A stretch of DNA of 59,804 bases from Desulfurococcales archaeon (GTDB lineage: Archaea > Thermoproteota > Thermoprotei_A > Sulfolobales > NBVN01), in contig JAMOOZ010000044.1 in assembly GCA_027064885.1 (NCBI GenBank), forward strand, positions 1 through 59,804, given 5' to 3'. Of this stretch, positions 57,692 through 59,804 are shown in pieces. Position 1 is the stretch's first letter, and each line of letters opens with the position of its first letter. The translations under genes were made by a program, and so were the position numbers. Under the pieces are notes generated by a model. It was not told the DNA's origin and ran no database searches. It was given only the letters and a program-made list of their open reading frames with translations.

Positions 57692-59278
57692 TCAGTTTAT
57701 TGCCTTTTCACTACCTAAGTAACCGTGCCATGTAAATAATTCATCGTCTTGAACGTAGTCCTTAGCTGTTTTGAGAGCAGTGTAAGCCTTACTTAATTCA
57801 AAGCCTAGGTACATTGCGTGCTCGGCAGTTAGCCCGATCTCGCGTACTATTGCTCTTCCTAAGTCGAGGGGGTTCCTTCCCTCATATCTTACTACTTCCC
57901 CTTTACAATACACATCAACGATTATCCTCTGCGCCTCCCGATTGACGTATAGCTTGACATAGACTTCCTCCATTCTTGGCGGTATAGCTTCCTCCACTGC
58001 TTTCCTCCTACTCACTAAGCACTCAGAGCTAGGTTGCACCTCTCTCTTTCTTTTATCTTTGAGAATTAGAAGATTATAAAGCGTGTCTTTAGGTGGTGAC
58101 TTCCTAGTAAAGGCTTCATAAATCATTTTCCTAGCATACGCGGCTTCCTCTGCTGCTCCGCAAGCCTTACGGCTTGCTTCAGTGATTAGCAGGTTACTGA
58201 CCCCGACCTCAAATAGCAAAGCTGTTAGGAGTGCTATTATACCTGGACTGTCAGCATCCATCAATTCATAGACATTACAAGGACCAGCAAGGAACGGATA
58301 TTTTATTAACGATACCGCGTCCTTTAATAGTATTAAGCTCTGAGATAAGCCAAGAAGTGGAGGCTTTAATACCGGGTCTATTACTAATTTCCTAAGACCC
58401 GCGTTTTCGGCAAGCTTAACTGCTTTTCTTATAGAATTAATCGCTTCTGATAATGAATTCGTTCTCTCAGGAACGAGCACTAATACTGTATTTCTCTGAA
58501 CACGTCGCGCAATGATCTCTACGTGCTCGGCTGTGACGTTCAGTATTATGTCCGCTAGCTTAAGGACCTCTTTGGGTACCTCACTGAGTTCGTATACGTC
58601 TATCCCTGCTAGCAGTCCGTGCTTCTTTACTTCCAGCATCTTTGCTTGCATATCACCATAGCAACAGTTTTCGACATCGCAACCAATAATTACGCCACTA
58701 TACCCAAGCTTTGCTAAGGCTTCAACTAAGGTACTAAAATTCTTGAACCTATGTAATCGACAATTAGAAAATGCTGCAGGGCATAATTCATAAAATAAGT
58801 TTAATGGCGGAGGTCTTAGGGTAAATGTCACATTCCTTATTTTGAAACATGGCTTCACATCGCTCAATTTTTTGAGTAAACGATTCAAACGCCTCCTGCC
58901 GTCAACTGCAATCACATCATCCGCTGGCACGTCCGTACTGAAACGCATACCCTTCTTTAACAAGGCTATCATATCCGGCAGATCACCTACGTATTTAGGA
59001 CCCTTAACTACAGGTACGCCAAGAACTTCCTCTAGTTTTCTTGCTGACCCTCTCAACATGCCTGGCAGTATTACTAGATCCGTGTTCTCTATCTGCTTCT
59101 TATGCTTCAGTAAGTCATTTAAAATGCTCTCAGTTGATGCTAAGGATGCCACCGGGACTGAAGTTATTATAATTTCTACCTTTAAGTCATTATAGTTATC
59201 CAGTAGTTCCCTAGCTATGCTTTCTACTAATTCTTTTGCCGATGTCGTGGTTACCAGGACTACCTTCGTGGCAATCAC
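57692..59278 (-). CDS. Dihydropteroate synthase-like (pterin-binding) protein, archaeal type
   Basis: N-terminal PVASL...ILPG...KGPKY..DLP...S..VPAD; IDPVL; NVYELMDADSPG; TEAS.K; C-terminal EHA.YLG.EL.KA......K.YVQD. Confidence 0.85.
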   Translation of the reverse strand: MIATKVVLVTTTSAKELVESIARELLDNYNDLKVEIIITSVPVASLASTESILNDLLKHKKQIENTDLVILPGMLRGSARKLEEVLGVPVVKGPKYVGDLPDMIALLKKGMRFSTDVPADDVIAVDGRRRLNRLLKKLSDVKPCFKIRNVTFTLRPPPLNLFYELCPAAFSNCRLHRFKNFSTLVEALAKLGYSGVIIGCDVENCCYGDMQAKMLEVKKHGLLAGIDVYELSEVPKEVLKLADIILNVTAEHVEIIARRVQRNTVLVLVPERTNSLSEAINSIRKAVKLAENAGLRKLVIDPVLKPPLLGLSQSLILLKDAVSLIKYPFLAGPCNVYELMDADSPGIIALLTALLFEVGVSNLLITEASRKACGAAEEAAYARKMIYEAFTRKSPPKDTLYNLLILKDKRKREVQPSSECLVSRRKAVEEAIPPRMEEVYVKLYVNREAQRIIVDVYCKGEVVRYEGRNPLDLGRAIVREIGLTAEHAMYLGFELSKAYTALKTAKDYVQDDELFTWHGYLGSEKAIN

Positions 59279-59333
59279 TCATAGTGTGAAGCGGGTCGCA
59301 CGAAATATAAATTTTCGCGTGAGAAACACCTCT

Positions 59334-59636
59334 ATGGTGAGTTCACTGCGCGAGCGAATAGAGGTTCTCCGCCTTGAAGGACTGGCGTTAAATGGGTTCG
59401 TAACCTCAGCTAAGCTTGAGAAGTGCGGAGAGAGTAATTTATTCAAAATAGTTGCCGTGCTAGATAATGGCGATGTTGTTGAAACTGAATGCATGGAGCA
59501 TGAAAGAGTAAGTAGAACGTTTATAGTGATTACAAGGTATAGAGAGTGGGGAAGAATCCTAGCGAAAAAAGAATACGCCGAAGAAATGATGAAAGGTATT
59601 ACATATGACCTTGATCACAGAAATGCGGAGGGATGA
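59334..59636 (+). CDS. Hypothetical protein (100 aa)
   Basis: ATG 59334 downstream of TATA-like AAATATAAA; no motif recognised; 3' end overlaps a C/D sRNA. Confidence 0.65.
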   Translation: MVSSLRERIEVLRLEGLALNGFVTSAKLEKCGESNLFKIVAVLDNGDVVETECMEHERVSRTFIVITRYREWGRILAKKEYAEEMMKGITYDLDHRNAEG

Positions 59637-59659
59637 TTAGGGCACCAGACACTGATCTA
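59582..59659 (+). ncRNA. Box C/D guide sRNA (both guides match the 16S helix 18/530 loop)
   Basis: C ATGATGA 59586-59592; guide AAGGTATTACAT; D' ATGA 59605-59608; C' ATGATTA 59633-59639; guide GGGCACCAGACA; D CTGA 59652-59655. Confidence 0.8.
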
Positions 59660-59804
59660 CATAAATTATGGTTTTTGAACTACAGTTAACAACCAAGTAG
59701 TATGGGACTGCCTTGCTTTAACATCGTTGTTCTACTGTGAATTAAACTTTAGGGGCAGTATGTTTGGGGCTCACAAAGTAGACAAAGGGTAGGCATTGGT
59801 GATT

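Noticed and set aside
427..59195. Many antisense or alternate-frame ORFs (e.g. 427-972, 14253-14663, 22714-23496, 32110-32601, 40702-41220, 50661-51194, 58842-59195)
   Set aside because: They overlap confidently identified genes on the opposite strand and show Ser/Leu/Thr-rich antisense composition without motifs
1..59804. CRISPR arrays, tRNA or rRNA genes, IS elements, integrases, defence islands
   Set aside because: None found by inspection; tRNA-like snippets (GTAGCTCAGCC at 25663, TAGCCCGGTT at 43329) are short complements of C/D guides and lack cloverleaf context
59660..59804. Possible partial CDS at the right edge
   Set aside because: Too short, with no recognisable motif in the frames read, to support a call

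Overview
Core-genome segment of a hyperthermophilic archaeon. Phylum Thermoproteota/Crenarchaeota, most likely Desulfurococcales, is inferred from reverse gyrase, cdvABC, two Alba genes, a Cren7-like gene and SmAP next to mat. It holds a rearranged S10/spc ribosomal protein cluster interrupted by rtcB, the cdvA-cdvB-cdvC division operon, chaperonin, topoisomerases, RNA-processing and metabolic genes. I saw no rRNA, tRNA, CRISPR array or mobile element. Reading the intergenic DNA reveals six box C/D guide RNAs missing from the ORF track. Two are predicted to methylate wobble U34 plus a D-arm base of tRNA-Lys(UUU) and tRNA-Val(UAC), one aims both guides at the 16S 530 loop, and one may target 5S rRNA. 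There is also an unannotated 38-45 aa basic ORF beside the ribosomal genes. The most unusual locus is about 24.5-26.6 kb: a catalytically degenerate TtuA/Ncs6-like protein (Ctu2-like), an antisense tRNA-targeting C/D RNA, a protein made of two fused Hfq-type domains, and an ASCH protein. All protein calls come from motif recognition and all RNA targets from recalled consensus rRNA/tRNA sequences. No database search was run.
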